Below are positions 49,958 to 62,542 of a DNA stretch of 64,000 bases, one piece after another. Origin of the DNA: Cystobasidiomycetes sp. EMM_F5 (Eukaryota); NCBI GenBank assembly GCA_051047955.1, contig JBPGPT010000044.1, forward strand, positions 1 to 64,000. The letters are read 5' to 3'. The notes under the pieces were generated by a model, which was not told the DNA's origin, did no database searches, and was given only the letters and a program-made list of their open reading frames with translations. Both the position numbers and the translations under genes were made by a program. Numbering within the stretch: position 1 is the stretch's first letter; the number at the start of each line of letters is the position of its first letter.

Positions 49958-51171
49958 TCAATTGCGTTTGTTGTTAAGCCAAGTATTGACGAGGCCAAAG
50001 AGGGTATCCGAGTTTTTCTCCATGAAAAGCATATGTGCATTGCCGTATATCCCAACCTCTGGAAGGGATATGTACTTGAGGTTGTTACATCCAGCTTGCC
50101 GAAGGAAGGCGACGGTACAGTAATCGTATACGGCATGATACGAAGCTTCCGTTGTCACGACAAGGATCGGCTTGGGTGCAATATTCACCAATTGACGCGG
50201 TGCGGGAGAGTCTGCCTGCAGTATGCAAGCGGAGAGGTTTTGGCTGGCAGCCGGCACCGTCTTTCTCACGAGATCGACGCTTGGGTTTGTCACTGCTGGC
50301 GAGTATGTGATGGGAATCTCGGTCAGACCGTATGGCCTAGACGAAGCATTGCTAAAGACAGCTTCTTGGAAAGGAGGACCTGTTGGCTCCAACATGATCA
50401 GAGAATCCGTTAAGTTGGGCCGCAAGTCCGCTAGCAATAGAGGGTAGGGACCCGCTTGGGAGTGACCAAGTAAGATAGTCGGCTTGCCAATTCTGTCTAA
50501 TAGCTGGACCCCTGCAGCCTGTATGCTCATCTGCTGAACAGTATTGTTCGTGAGCGAGGGGTAGCTTGCAGAATAGAAATTGTCGAATACAGGGTCACCC
50601 ATCCTGCCGGTACCGGGCCATTGCGTGTGATTGATAGCCTGTGGCCAAAGTAGATAGTCCTGAGGCGCAGTGAACTTTTGCTGATAATACTCCGCCGTGA
50701 TGCTGGCAGGCGAACCCCCACTTGCTCCTGGAAGCCACGGCGAGCGACCACGGGAAGTCTGGTCAATGATGTAGCATTCGTAGCCCTCTTTCAAGAAGAG
50801 AGAGGCCCAGCCTTCTCCGCCGTCTGGCTTATTGAGCCAATTCTGTACCATGTCGCATTAGCTGCGTACGTATCGAAATGGAATCTAGCGCTCACTGTCC
50901 CAGTCTGTCCATTTCCGTGCATAAGCAGTACAGGGGCAGCCTTTGTGATGCCGCCAGCTGGCTGCAGTCTTTCGACGTATAATTGGTTGGTGAACACATG
51001 CTCTCCCTTTCCGTTGTCGACATAGTTTTGGCCGACGAAAAAGAAGCTCCGAATATGAGCAACCTCCAGACTGCCGTAGTCTCGTTTCGAGGCTGGGGAC
51101 GGTACTGCTGTCACGAGTCCCAGCAATGCGAGTCCCAGCAAGGCGTGATAGACCATCGATTTCGAAAGCAT
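49958..51171 (-). CDS. Secreted alpha/beta hydrolase
   Basis: Signal peptide + KR, LMHGNGQTG, PDGGEGWA, DQTSRGRS, GHSQAG nucleophile, GNAHMLFMEKNS. Confidence 0.85.
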
Positions 51172-51910
51172 CGCAAATTGCTCCAAAGAGGGAGAGGAGC
51201 TGTAGCGAGGAGCTGTGCGAGGAAAAGGAGAGCAATCTCCTCCACACGCTCTCATCCTCCGCTTCTACGAGAATGCAACTCATGCCGAGCTTGCCGAGCG
51301 GGGGGACGGAGCTCCGCGATCCATCATGCATCGGTCACTAGAGGAGGTTGTTAGTCAGCTGCCGTCGGTCACCAGCGTCCGTGCGTGTAGCGTACAGCAA
51401 TGCGGCTGCATGCTCATGGTGCCAGATGCCTTATTGTATCCGTGGCGGGAACCTTTCGCAAGACGCCCACCAACTGCCAGTCTCTCTGTAAGCATGCCAG
51501 CTGCCGTTACTTTATATACAGGGCTTAGTGTGGCCTGTCACAGCCTCAGTCTGGGCTGCATGGAGTCTTGCCTTATATTCCGACAGGGCGTATATCATAT
51601 ATCCGAAAAAGGCAGTCCGCGGCGGAGGTGCAGTCCATGTTGTCCTGCCATTCACCACCTTATGCGGTGCGTCCAGATGTCGACCTGCGCCTGCTCATTC
51701 AAGTCGAGATTCAGGATTGACGCAGAGCTGATGCTTCCGGAAACCTCACTCACAGACCTAGACCTCCGAAGTCGTCGAAAGGTCGGGAGCTAATCAGTCT
51801 GAGCATCGCCTTGAAACGTTATGCAGAGCAATGAGCATTCCCTCTACCTCGTTCAGGTTGCCTTCTGATATCCGCGAACTACCCTAGCCAACTGAAGCTT
51901 CTTTCGCACT

Positions 51911-53862
51911 ATGCGCAAGGCACTACTGGAGACAGCACTGTTTTGCGTGGCATTCATGGTCTCCGTAGTACTATGCCGCTCTCATTCTGGTATTACACGA
52001 CTGGACCGTCATCAAACTCGTACTCTTGCCCGCAATGAGCTTCACAAACGGGACGATCGTTCGTCATGATGGGGTTCTGTCTATTAGACTACCGCTGAGG
52101 CTTGTGTCCACCAGTTGACGACCTCCTTCAGACTCAAGCTTACAAAGATTATTGGCAGAATGTTTTGACAGATATTCAAACTACCTGGACCAATACGAGG
52201 ATTCCCCAAGACCTACAGTCCGCAGAAGATCAATACTACCGGTCGGCAGAGAAGGTCTTGATTGACAATGAGCTGCCCTATAAGTACCTTCAGGCCGCAT
52301 CGGAAAAGCAGATCCCATCAGATGCGTCAAGCGGTGCCATGCAGGATGCAGTCAATGCTGCATGGGACCGCAAATTCTCCAGTCCTCAAGACATTTCAGA
52401 TAAAACTCAGCTTTCGAAAGATAAGGCCCTAGCGGCGACAGCGAAAAACTCGCAAAAGTTGTCACCCTACAAGTCTCGCCTAGCTGCTCTTCAAAACGAG
52501 CGTGGCTGGTGGGACTACCTATGCTCCAAGATCAAGAACTTGTTCTCGAAAGCCAGTACACAATCAGGTGATGGACAACTGTCGCAAGATGCAATCAACG
52601 ACTTCCAAAACGACGTGGCTGCGAAACTCGACAAGGCCATTGCAAACATTCAAAAAGAGCTGGACGGCGAAGTAACTGGTGTCGTGGAGGAAGCTGACGC
52701 ACCCAGCGTTGATTCGCTACTTGGTGATTTGACCAAGAACCTGAAGGCGCAGTTTGCGCAACAGAAGCCAGTGGACCTAGTTTCGGCGCAGCGAGCGGTA
52801 CGGAGCGCATGCTCTTTTCATTGTGAATTCATTGCTAACTCAAAGGTGATGTATCAGGCCTGGGCTCAAGTAATATCAGATCTAGAGAATGCTTTTGAGA
52901 ACGACATCGAGCTTCCAACAGACACTGTCTGGGACTATCCCTCGCTTGCGTATGATTACATCACTGGCGGAGACTTCGCGCAAATGTATGCCGATGCCTC
53001 AGGAGTACCTCGTACATCTCTTTTGTGACTTGAAGCCACAGTAAAGGCATACTGAATTTTGCCCTCAACAGCGGCTGAAAACAATGATGATCAGAAGGAC
53101 GATCAAAAGGACAGCGCTTCATCGCAAGATGACCCATTCAAAGATCCCGACTGGAATGATCCGCAAGGTGAGCCTTTCTTTGATGTCGTTTTCCTTTCCA
53201 TTTACCTGTTTCGCATAGCCGTTCAAAACTTGCTGAACGACCTCAAGGCTAAACTTGCCTCACAATGGCAAGATGAGGATCAGAGGCCCACCAGCTTGCC
53301 GGATGCTGCAAACAAGGTACGTCTCGTTTTCCCTCCTTCAAGCATCGCTTGTGACTGATGACTGTGACTCAGGCCAAGGCCTTGCTTGACGGTCTGAAAG
53401 CAGCCAGCGAGGCAGCTAGCGGGTCAAAATGGCCATCGGACAAGACGCAAGGTCTGTATGATGATCTCAAGGAGAGCATCGTTCCAGACGTATACGACGC
53501 GCTGCCGGGAGAAGCTGTGAGCTCGCTCCGCTGGACTCTTAGCTGATCGCTGCTAATATACAATGCTCAGCCATCTGGCAGCGGGATCAATCCGTCGCAG
53601 AATCCGGATGATCTCTGGGACGAGGCAGGCGCAGACCAGCAGCAACAGACTGATGATCGTAACGATTTGAACAAAGATCCGGCTTCAAACGTCGACACTA
53701 CCAAGACCAACCTCAATGACAACAGTGGGAAGACCGGTAGCGGTAAACCCTCTAATACAGATGAGAACACGGACGAAGTGAAAGACGGTACGATGTTTAT
53801 ACCCGAGCGACGTCTGTGAATTTGTTCGAAAGGTGGCAGATACTTCGCCAGTCGAGATGTAG
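51911..53862 (+). CDS. Secreted protein of unknown function (multi-exon; end approximate)
   Basis: MRKALLETALFCVAFMVSVVLC hydrophobic leader, HKR processing site, long acidic/helical exons 52102-53790 joined by GT-AG introns. Confidence 0.6.
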
Positions 53863-53867
53863 CATGT

Positions 53868-56185
53868 TCACCAAGACATAAAAGTTGTAAAATCAGCTGG
53901 CAACTGAATGCTCGTTGCTTCGAAATCGGCAGGATTCGTACTGCTCCCCGACAACTGAAGCCACAGCGCATCGAAATCTAGGTCTTGTTCGACAGCCGGC
54001 TCTATGTACTGCGGTATTTGTTCGGCGGTGTCGGTCGAAGCTTGAAAAAGAGCCGAAGTTCCGTGCTCCGGCTGCAAACCTAATTGGCGCTTTGCTCGAC
54101 GGCAGGCCGTGCTGCGTTCATGTCAGCTCAGCACATAAAAGTCAGAGTTGTCAGAAGGCTAGCTGACCTAAGCACAGCATGACACGACTCTGTTTCTGGC
54201 CCGTTTTCGAAAAGCTTGGCCAGACGCTGTACTTTTACAACAATCTTCGGCATTCGTTCCGGCATCGAGAGTTTAGTAAACTTCAATGCAAGCAGCCCAG
54301 CGTACGCAAAGTCAACTGCAGCAAGAGCTCGGTCAGCCGCGACTTGCGGGCGTATGGACGCAACTTGCTAAAGGATGCGTGTCCCGCATACTGCCATGAT
54401 TCGAGATAGACTTGCGATTCCAAAACCAGCGTCATTGAGTCTTCCGCATACCGCTGTCCAAGCCGCAAAAGAGTATCGGGTGACGTGGCTTCTTCCTCGC
54501 TCTTGACTTGAAGCCAGCAGCACACAATCATCAGCTGACTGTTATACTTAGTTCGCAAAAGGCTGCGCCGTGGAAAGTCCTCCGAGGGGCACACTATATC
54601 GGATCTCAGCTAGGCTCGCTTAAGCTTTCGTAAGGAGTGTAGAGTTGTACCCACATAATTTATGGTCCCACCTCGAAAACCAGCTTTCAATTGCTTGTAT
54701 CTCCTGAAAAGCTACAGCGCTGACATCGCAGTCCGGTGAAGATCTCGTAAAGAGCGTTATAATTCGCTGTCGTATGAGTGCAATGTTCAGCATTGCTGCT
54801 GTCCGGATATCGCTTAGGAGAGCCGCAGGATGTGACAGCACTTGCTCGAGTTGAGAGAGGTAGTGGTCTCCGTTAATATGCGCGCACGGCTGTCGGTTTC
54901 GCATAGTCGACTGGCTTAGATCCATGAACCACAGATGCGAAAAGAGGCGTGTCTTCGACAGCAGAGCAAGCTGTTCTGCATCATCAGAGTGCCACCTTGG
55001 GTGGAGTGCTATCAGATTTGTGGCAGCCGCATCGAGCTGCATTTCGTAGGCGATGCGCATAGCCTGCCCAGTCCCGACGTATGCGTGACTGTTGCAATAG
55101 TCAATGGCACCCTGCACAGTCTGCCGAGACGCCAGGTTGTAGACGCTCACCTTGACCACGTACTGATGATCGCCAAACATTGTGGTTCTTGAACGTCATG
55201 TTTGCTATTGAAGATGCTCTTTGCTAGCCACGACAAAATATACTGTAGGATATTTCGATGATCTAGCCGGCTAGCGCGGTTTGTCGCACAGTGAGCAGAT
55301 GATTCCGCGCGCAACACGGCGTACGTGATGGCGTGAAGAAGATATGGAGTCATATGGCGAAGATCCGCAAAGGAGGCTCGCTTTGAGTCCAATACTGGTG
55401 CATACTCGAAACCCTTCTGTATCCAACTAAGCATGGTTCAGTTGTGTACTATGGCCTCGCCAGTGTCGCAGACTTACACATCGAAACACCGTCTTGCCTC
55501 GAACTCATCGACGAGACCGGACGGAACTGCATCTTCGGGCTCGCTACGGCCAAGGGAGAGAAGTGGTGGTAGAGCATGCAGGGCCGCCGAGCTTACATCA
55601 GCCAAAGAAAACAGAAAAGGCAGGTCTCGTTGCCCTGCCGGATCCCGTTGGCTTGTCGGAGTTCCTTCTCTCGTGAGGTAGGCGCCTGGCAATCGACCAG
55701 ATTGGGCCGCTTCAACGACTTCGTACGCAGCGCTGAGACTTCCATTTAGATTGCTGTTGATGCTGCCGCTAGCGGTTCCAATGTCCATGTAGATTCCGGA
55801 CGGCTGCTGTTGCTGGCGTTGAGCTTGTAGACCTTGAGTAAGAGCGGGAGGAGGTATCGGTACAACAGAAGGAGGTGTAGCATGAGTAGTTGGAGAGCTT
55901 GTGACGTTTCGTCTGCATCGCGCTGTTCAGATGATGCACCCAAGTTGCGACTCCAGGCGACCGACCTTTTAGCAGCCGACCCTTCGTACACGCACACGAC
56001 GCCATGAGCTGCACATCTCAGACACGTTCCGGGCGTCTTGTCACATCTGCAGTAGCAATTGGCTCAGCTGTAGCCCATACCGCTCCGAGCGGCAAAAGGC
56101 GTTCCGCTCACTTCCGCTTCGCGGCACGACACGGTGTGCAAGCTATGCCAGGTCTGCGGCCTCGTTTCCGAGCAGCGTCGTCCAT
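53868..56185 (-). CDS. Zn2Cys6 transcription factor
   Basis: MDDAARKRGRRPGIACTPCRAAKRK|C...CERV..CAAHGVVCVY region, AMRIAYEMQL, RLFSHLWFMD middle homology region. Confidence 0.8.
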
Positions 56186-56258
56186 ATTCAATGGCATTGT
56201 CATCATAATTATAATTACATTTGGTGAGCCGCAGAAACAGCAATTTGCTGACAACGCC

Positions 56259-57216
56259 TCATGGAGTCAACCCTGCAGGTCTAGCTTGCAAAGCAGCAAC
56301 CCAACTGTCGCGCTTCGTGAAAGCTGTGTACCACTCGCAGAGAGCGCTGTCTTTCTTCCAGTGAATGTCAGGGAACCTGACCGACAAATACCAAAGAGCA
56401 GATGCGACAGCAATACCGCCTATGCCAATGTGAGGACTTTCAGGATCGGGAAGCTTCCATATGCCTTTTGCAGGCGACAAAGCTTTGAGAGTTCGAAGGA
56501 TTTTGGACTCCCAGCCTATTATCCATTTCTCCCATCGTAGATTTTCGGGCTGTAGAACGCGATGCTCAGCCAAGTCTCGCTATGAAGCAGTTATTGCTCT
56601 CACGCGAATAGTGGTCTCGTATCGCAATTGCAGCGCTGCATCCAGCAGCCCGTCGGCTACACTTTCCAACATCACATCTTCCATTCTCGCTTTGCCTGAT
56701 TTGAACAGCTTGTCGCCGCCTGCATACAAATCGAGGTACTGTGCAATGGCTTGCGAGCCAAAGTACACCGATCCATCGGAAGCTAGAAGAGTTGGTATCT
56801 GTATTCGAGCACCATCGTCAGGATAGCTAATGCGCATGCTATCCGGCTTACGCGAGCAGCTGGGTTATACTGATCCAATTCCACCTGTGTTGAGATGGGC
56901 GAAGGGCCTTTGCCCGTCAGAATGAAATCTAAACAATGCAAATTTGCAGTCAGTGTGCATTTAAATGTCGCGACGCGTCTTCCAGGATGCCGACCTCCCG
57001 CAGAAACGTAGTTGAACTCGTTGGACAAATTTAGTTCTTGAATGGCTACCAGTATCTAAATACGTGTGAAGGGCGTCACGAAATAGGTGCGAAGGGCATC
57101 ACGAAATAGGTTTGGGAGGCGTCACGAAGAGGCTCGATGAGTGTTTACCACGGCAAGTACGTCTCGCCTACCTTTCGGACATACGGGCTGTTGGCGGACC
57201 AGTATAAAGTGTGCAT
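56259..57216 (-). CDS. Glutathione S-transferase (YibF-like), second paralogue
   Basis: MHTLYWSANSPYVRKV, YNPAAR|IPTL, FGSQAIAQYLD, LESVADGLLDAALQLRYE, RWEKWIIGWESKI. Confidence 0.88.
57068..57132. repeat. Degenerate ~23-bp tandem repeat x3 in GST intron 1
   Basis: gaagggcgtcacgaaataggtgc / gaagggcatcacgaaataggttt / gggaggcgtcacgaagagg. Confidence 0.85.
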
Positions 57217-57409
57217 AGTGTTCAAAGTCTGTTGCAGCAAGGTCAAGTTGGTTGCTCGGTGCCAGGCAGAAGACACACTTGCGGTATACACATAAATGAT
57301 CGACAATTTCTCCGCATCATACTGGACAAAGTAAAGGCCGTTCATTACTATTTTCACGCGAAATGACCGCTCACTCTACTCCTTAATCGTCACTCTGACC
57401 CTCAACCCT

Positions 57410-59463
57410 TTAAACCTTTGCATAATCGACATGGGAGTCTTCTCTCTTAATCCCGTTCGCCTCTGCAACTCGCGTTTGCCTTTGAAGTTTGCCCCCAAAG
57501 AGTTGATCGATCTCCTCCAGCGGAATGCCCTTTGTTTCTGTCGGTTCTGTCAGCGATGATTTCCGTACTGCATCAAAGCACGTACCAGGAAGGAAAAATA
57601 ATACCCAGAAGAAGGACAAGACACAGAAGCTGCCGAAGAAGATATAGGTGCCGTAACCCAGTCTGAGTATCATGTAGGGGACACTTCTCGCAATGACAAC
57701 ATTCCACGCCCATTGCATCGCACTTGTGATGGAGACAGCGAACGCACGGATGTGCAATGGGAATATCTCGGAACATACGACCCAAGGTGTACCAGAGTAG
57801 GATAAGCAGTAGAAGCTATTCTCGTGTGTTTTAGCATTAGGAATGGTCCCCGTTGAGCTATCTCTCACCTGACAAAGATGTAAATGGCAGCTATCGCACT
57901 TATTCCTCCCGAATCTGGAGACGAGTTGGCGGGTCGCTCTGCAGGCTTTCCGACTGCTACGTAGATAGCAACCCAGAACATGCAGAAGGCTCCGCCGACC
58001 GAGCCATAAAGGAGGGTTCTTTTACGTCCTAGGTTATCGACCAAGAAGAACACCCTGTAAAGGTGCACGTTCAATAACACGAGAAGACAGCAATGGTTCG
58101 AAGGACATACCAGATCCAGGTCGTCACGAGTTTGACGACCCCGTAGATTCCCGTGGCAAATAGGCCTGCGCTCGTCCCGGTGATCCCGACTGTCGCAAAG
58201 ATTGTTGGAGCGAAATCTGTTGAATTTTCAGCATCATGTAGAGAGTAGTCAGCCGTATGTCGCAGCTCACAATTCACTGCATTAACGCCGTAGAAGCTGT
58301 GTATCGATTTTAGCACGGATGTTCAACGCCTACAGGTTGGCATTGAAGCTTACTTTTGAAAAAAGAACACCAGAATACCAATGTAGAGGCGTTGACGAAT
58401 ACCATCTTTGAAGATTTCCGAAAAGTACGTCCAATAGGTCGTCTTGCCGCCGTTGGCGATTCTTTCCCTTTCCAGCTGATCATCAATCATCTTCATTTCC
58501 TCCACGAGATACTCGTGCTCAACCGGTAGCTTCCTTATATACGCTAGATTCTCGTTGGCCTTGTCAATACGACCGACTTTTCGGAGCCATCTCGGTGATT
58601 CGACCGTGAAAAGGGAGAGAATAAGGAATAAGCCTCCGGGGACAAGTTGCAGGGCCATTGGTATCCTCCATTGTGTGCTGGTGGGGGCAAGGTGAGTTTG
58701 AACGCCGTATGGGATCCAAAATCCTAGAAGCCCGCCAATTTGCAACACAGCGTCATACGTGCCAACCAGTTGCCCGCGGATAGAAGGTGGAGCAACTTCG
58801 GCCAGATATATGGGCACTTGTAGTGAAGTCAGCCTTGATAAAGATGGGCAGACATTTACGGCGCACCTGCAAGCGAGACGGCACCGACTCCAATTCCACC
58901 TATGATTCGCCCTGCGTACAGTAGACCGATATTGTGCGTTGTACCCGTCATCATGGCGGCTCCGATGCAGAAAATAGTCGCAGCTAGTGTGAAGGCTGGC
59001 TTCCTGCCGAACTTCTCGGTGAAAGGGAACGTGAGAAGTGCTCCCGCGAAGGCCCCGGTTTGGTAGAATGATACGCTGCGCTTGCAGCCGTCAGTACAAT
59101 GTTCTCTGCCGCCCAACAAGCAGCACGCACATGTTCGCCGAGACCTCAGCCTTCAACGTTGGGTTGGATCCAAAATCGAAGTCTCGAATCTGTTTGTGGA
59201 GAGCCTGGTTATCAGCGATTGTAAGCAATGGTGGTAGCGGAACACATACGAAGCTAGGCAGTGCCAAAGTCCCTCCAATGAAGGCATTGTCGTCTGGCAA
59301 CTAGTCAGTACTAGGTAGTGATTCAAGGCAAGGGCACCCTACAGCCGTAGATCACGGCACCCATTGATGCTGCGAGGGTGAGAAGCCATATCCGCAAGTT
59401 GTACACCTCGGGCGGTGTGGGACGGTCTTCAACTTTGCGGAGACTCTGGAAGAATTTCCCCAT
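57410..59463 (-). CDS. Quinate permease-like sugar porter (QutD/qa-y family)
   Basis: VEDRPTPPEVYN N-terminal signature, D.AFIGGTLALPSF, PIYLAEVAPPSIRG, ESPRWL, PWVVCSEIFP, ETKGIPLEEID. Confidence 0.85.
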
Positions 59464-59781
59464 GTTTGAGAATTAGTGCGTGAACAGGTGTTGAGGCGCG
59501 AGGAGAGGTGGTGATGTCCAATGTCCGATATCCCATCTGCGGTGCGGTCGGCGGTTTGCGGTCATGCGGTATGCGTGGTGCGGTGTACCCAGTCGGCATA
59601 CGAAGAAACCGCAGGGGGATGCGGAATAGTCGGTAAGCTGACACGCTAGTCCTGCCAGTTGATCCAGAGTCGCTGTCTATCATACGCGACACTCATCAAC
59701 GTCGCTCTGCAGAATCGCCAATCAACTGTCGACCACTCGCTGTCGTCGCCTCCTCTGTACCAGCTTTCTCGTTTCGCCAAG

Positions 59782-60972
59782 ATGAACGGACACATGCAGC
59801 AGAATGGAGGTTTGAATGGCCATGCGAATGGCGGTGACATCGATGTGCTCACGCAGTCGAAGCGATTAAGCGGCAAAGTAGCCATTGTGACTGGTGCGTG
59901 ATATGCTGCACCGGCGATGTCGATGCAGCACCTTTTGCTGACAAGCGATGTCTGGGCTGGCTAGGGGGAAGTGCTGGTTTCGGACGAGCGATAGTGTTGC
60001 ACTTCGTTGCAGCTGGAGGATGTGTCGTCATTGTCGATATCGATGCAGTCGCAGGAGGGAAGCTGGCGACAAGTCTTGGAACAGCTGCCGTGTTTATGAG
60101 GGGGGATATAACACTAGCATCGACATGGCAAGAGGCAGGAGCTCTGGCGATAGAGAAGTTTGGGACGCTGACCACAGTAATCAACAACGCCGGAATGTCT
60201 TACGAGCCCAAGGTGAGGTGTCAGGCTCGTCGTCCACAGTACAGCTCAAACATCTAAACATTCAAATGACAGCCGACGCACGAACAGTCGATAGAGTTGT
60301 ACGACAAGGTGTTCAATCTGAATGTCCGCCCACTGTTTCTCAGCGTGCAAGTCTTAGTTCCTCTGCTGCTGGCTAGGAGCGCAGAAGGCCCAAGCTTTCT
60401 CACCATCTCTAGGTAAGAGCTCTTGAATCGGGCTGCATTGCTATCCGTAATCTGAGTCGTCATTATCGCAGCACGGGATATACCCGCCCTCGACCAGGAT
60501 TTTCCTTCTACAACGCCTCGAAAGCGGCCGTTACGGTAAAGGCCTTACCCAAGTAAACTCGCTGACAATGAAGCTGACCAAGCGAACGCAGACGGCTACA
60601 AAGACCATGTCATTAGAATACGCTCCGAATATTCGATTCAATGCCATTTCACCTGCTTTGGGTAATACGACAATGTACGTTTAAAGCTTTCTCAAAACAG
60701 ACGAAACTTACTCTCGACACAACGTAGGCTTCAAGCCTCCATAGCACATTATGCAGACCCTCAAGCTCGACTAGCAGAGCTGTGCCAAAGCATACCAATG
60801 GGCAGAGTCACCGAGCCATCTGATATAGCACATGCAGCAGTGTATTTGAGCAGCAATGAGGCGTCTTTCGTAACTGGCACGTTGCTAGAAGTCAGTCTCT
60901 CTCACTGCTCCTCTATATTTCGCAGTCTGAAATTGTATATTCCCTCAGGTCGACGGTGGACGCGGCGTCTGA
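59782..60972 (+). CDS. Short-chain dehydrogenase/reductase
   Basis: KVAIVTG|GSAGFG, INNAG, RPRPGFSFYNASK (YxxxK), IPMGRVTEPSDIA, VDGGRGV*. Confidence 0.9.
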
Positions 60973-61140
60973 TGCTCTAAACAGCAATAAGGACAACGGT
61001 GGTCATTTTGTGCGTGTTTTGCATAGAGTAATCTACTACAGAGTTGCGGAGCTACATCGAGACGTATTGTACAGAAGTCTACCACCCTGCATTTCGCTAT
61101 GATTGGCGATAGGCGGGCACAATTTCTGCGCATGTTATAG

Positions 61141-62389
61141 TCAGAAGTATTCAAATTGATTCGGATCAACGAGCATACCTTGCACATCTTTCCAGACTGA
61201 TTTGAGTCCATCAATAGCTCTGCGCGCATGACGTGACGGCGATGCCTTATCCGGACTAGCCAGACTGGTATTGAATACTTCGACGGTGAGAGGGCCGGTG
61301 TAGCCACAAGCTACGATAGCTGCGAGACACTCAGCTACCGGAAGATAGCCTCCGATAGCTTGCTCAGATGGGTATAGGCGATGATTGCGACTCCATGGCA
61401 ATAATGGCGGTATGCTGGGATCGGTCGGCGGCCGAAATACGCGTGAGTCGACCTTTTCAGCGTCTGCCACTTGGACCATGCATATACGTCGACCATCGAC
61501 GGTGGAGGCCAGACTGTGTAGACTCTCCCGCAATACTGCCATAGATTCCTTTTCAGTGTCGAAGATTCTTCCATGACCGTTCGGATTATACGGGTCTGCG
61601 TACTCCACGGCGAGCATGTTGAAGGTATCGAGGACCAACTGCACGTTCGGATGATCGGCTTTCACAACGCAATCCCAAGCATCAGCCCATCGATTTACGC
61701 GAGAACCCCATGACTGCAAAGAAAACTATTCAGTCCATACTTTGGCCAGTTGCGTGCACGATACTGACTAAAGGCTCATAGCCTATTATTATAGGCGCCC
61801 CGCCATCCGCTTCGGAGTATTCTTGAGCCCATTCACCAAACAAGCGCAAGTCGGCCGCGATAGCGGAGTGGTCGCCGGTGATTCCCGTATCGTGACGGCG
61901 CTGTGAGGTGAGGAAGATGATCTGAGTCTGGAAGGCCCTAAGGAACGGAAAGGTGCTTTTGACTGTCGCTTCGGCCCATTTACGTTCCGAGTCAACAAGC
62001 AGACCCTCCACGTTTACTAAATTCACGCATCAGACATTGTGCGGACCTGGTACTCTAGATTGCGCACTTAGAGGTTGTAGACATAGACATGTCATTCCCA
62101 GCTCTTTAATCAGATTGCCTATTCGCTTTGCTGCAGCGATGTGGGCCGGTGTAGCGGACCATGGGTTGCTCGAGTCGTAACCAGGTTGTTGAGATAGGTA
62201 GTGGAGCCAATCCTGATCGAACAAGTCGATATACTTGTGGCCTTCTGCCGCCATCGTGCGAAGGACATCTGTTACAGTGCATGCGGTCAATTGGGGTGAT
62301 CCGGTACACAGGGCGGAGTCTGACGTACCTTCGAGATTGAAGTGGAGGCGTGAAGCAATGCTCACTGTGCAGGCACCGTACTCTGGCAT
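61141..62389 (-). CDS. Xylose-isomerase-like TIM barrel, 3-dehydroshikimate dehydratase (QutC/qa-4)-like, divergent paralogue
   Basis: GYEPL|SWG, HPNVQLVLDTFN, VQVADAE, WSRNHRLYP, GGYLPV, TVEVFN. Confidence 0.75.
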
Positions 62390-62542
62390 TGTTGCAAATC
62401 GGCTTAATCTCTGTCAAGCTTCGTGTAAATTCCAGGCTATATGACGGACTGCGCGGAATACGTTTGCGGAAAAGGCAACAATATAAATTCAGCATTCTCC
62501 GAGCATGCAACATGAAGCGCTGCTGAGCTGCCTACATCTGAG

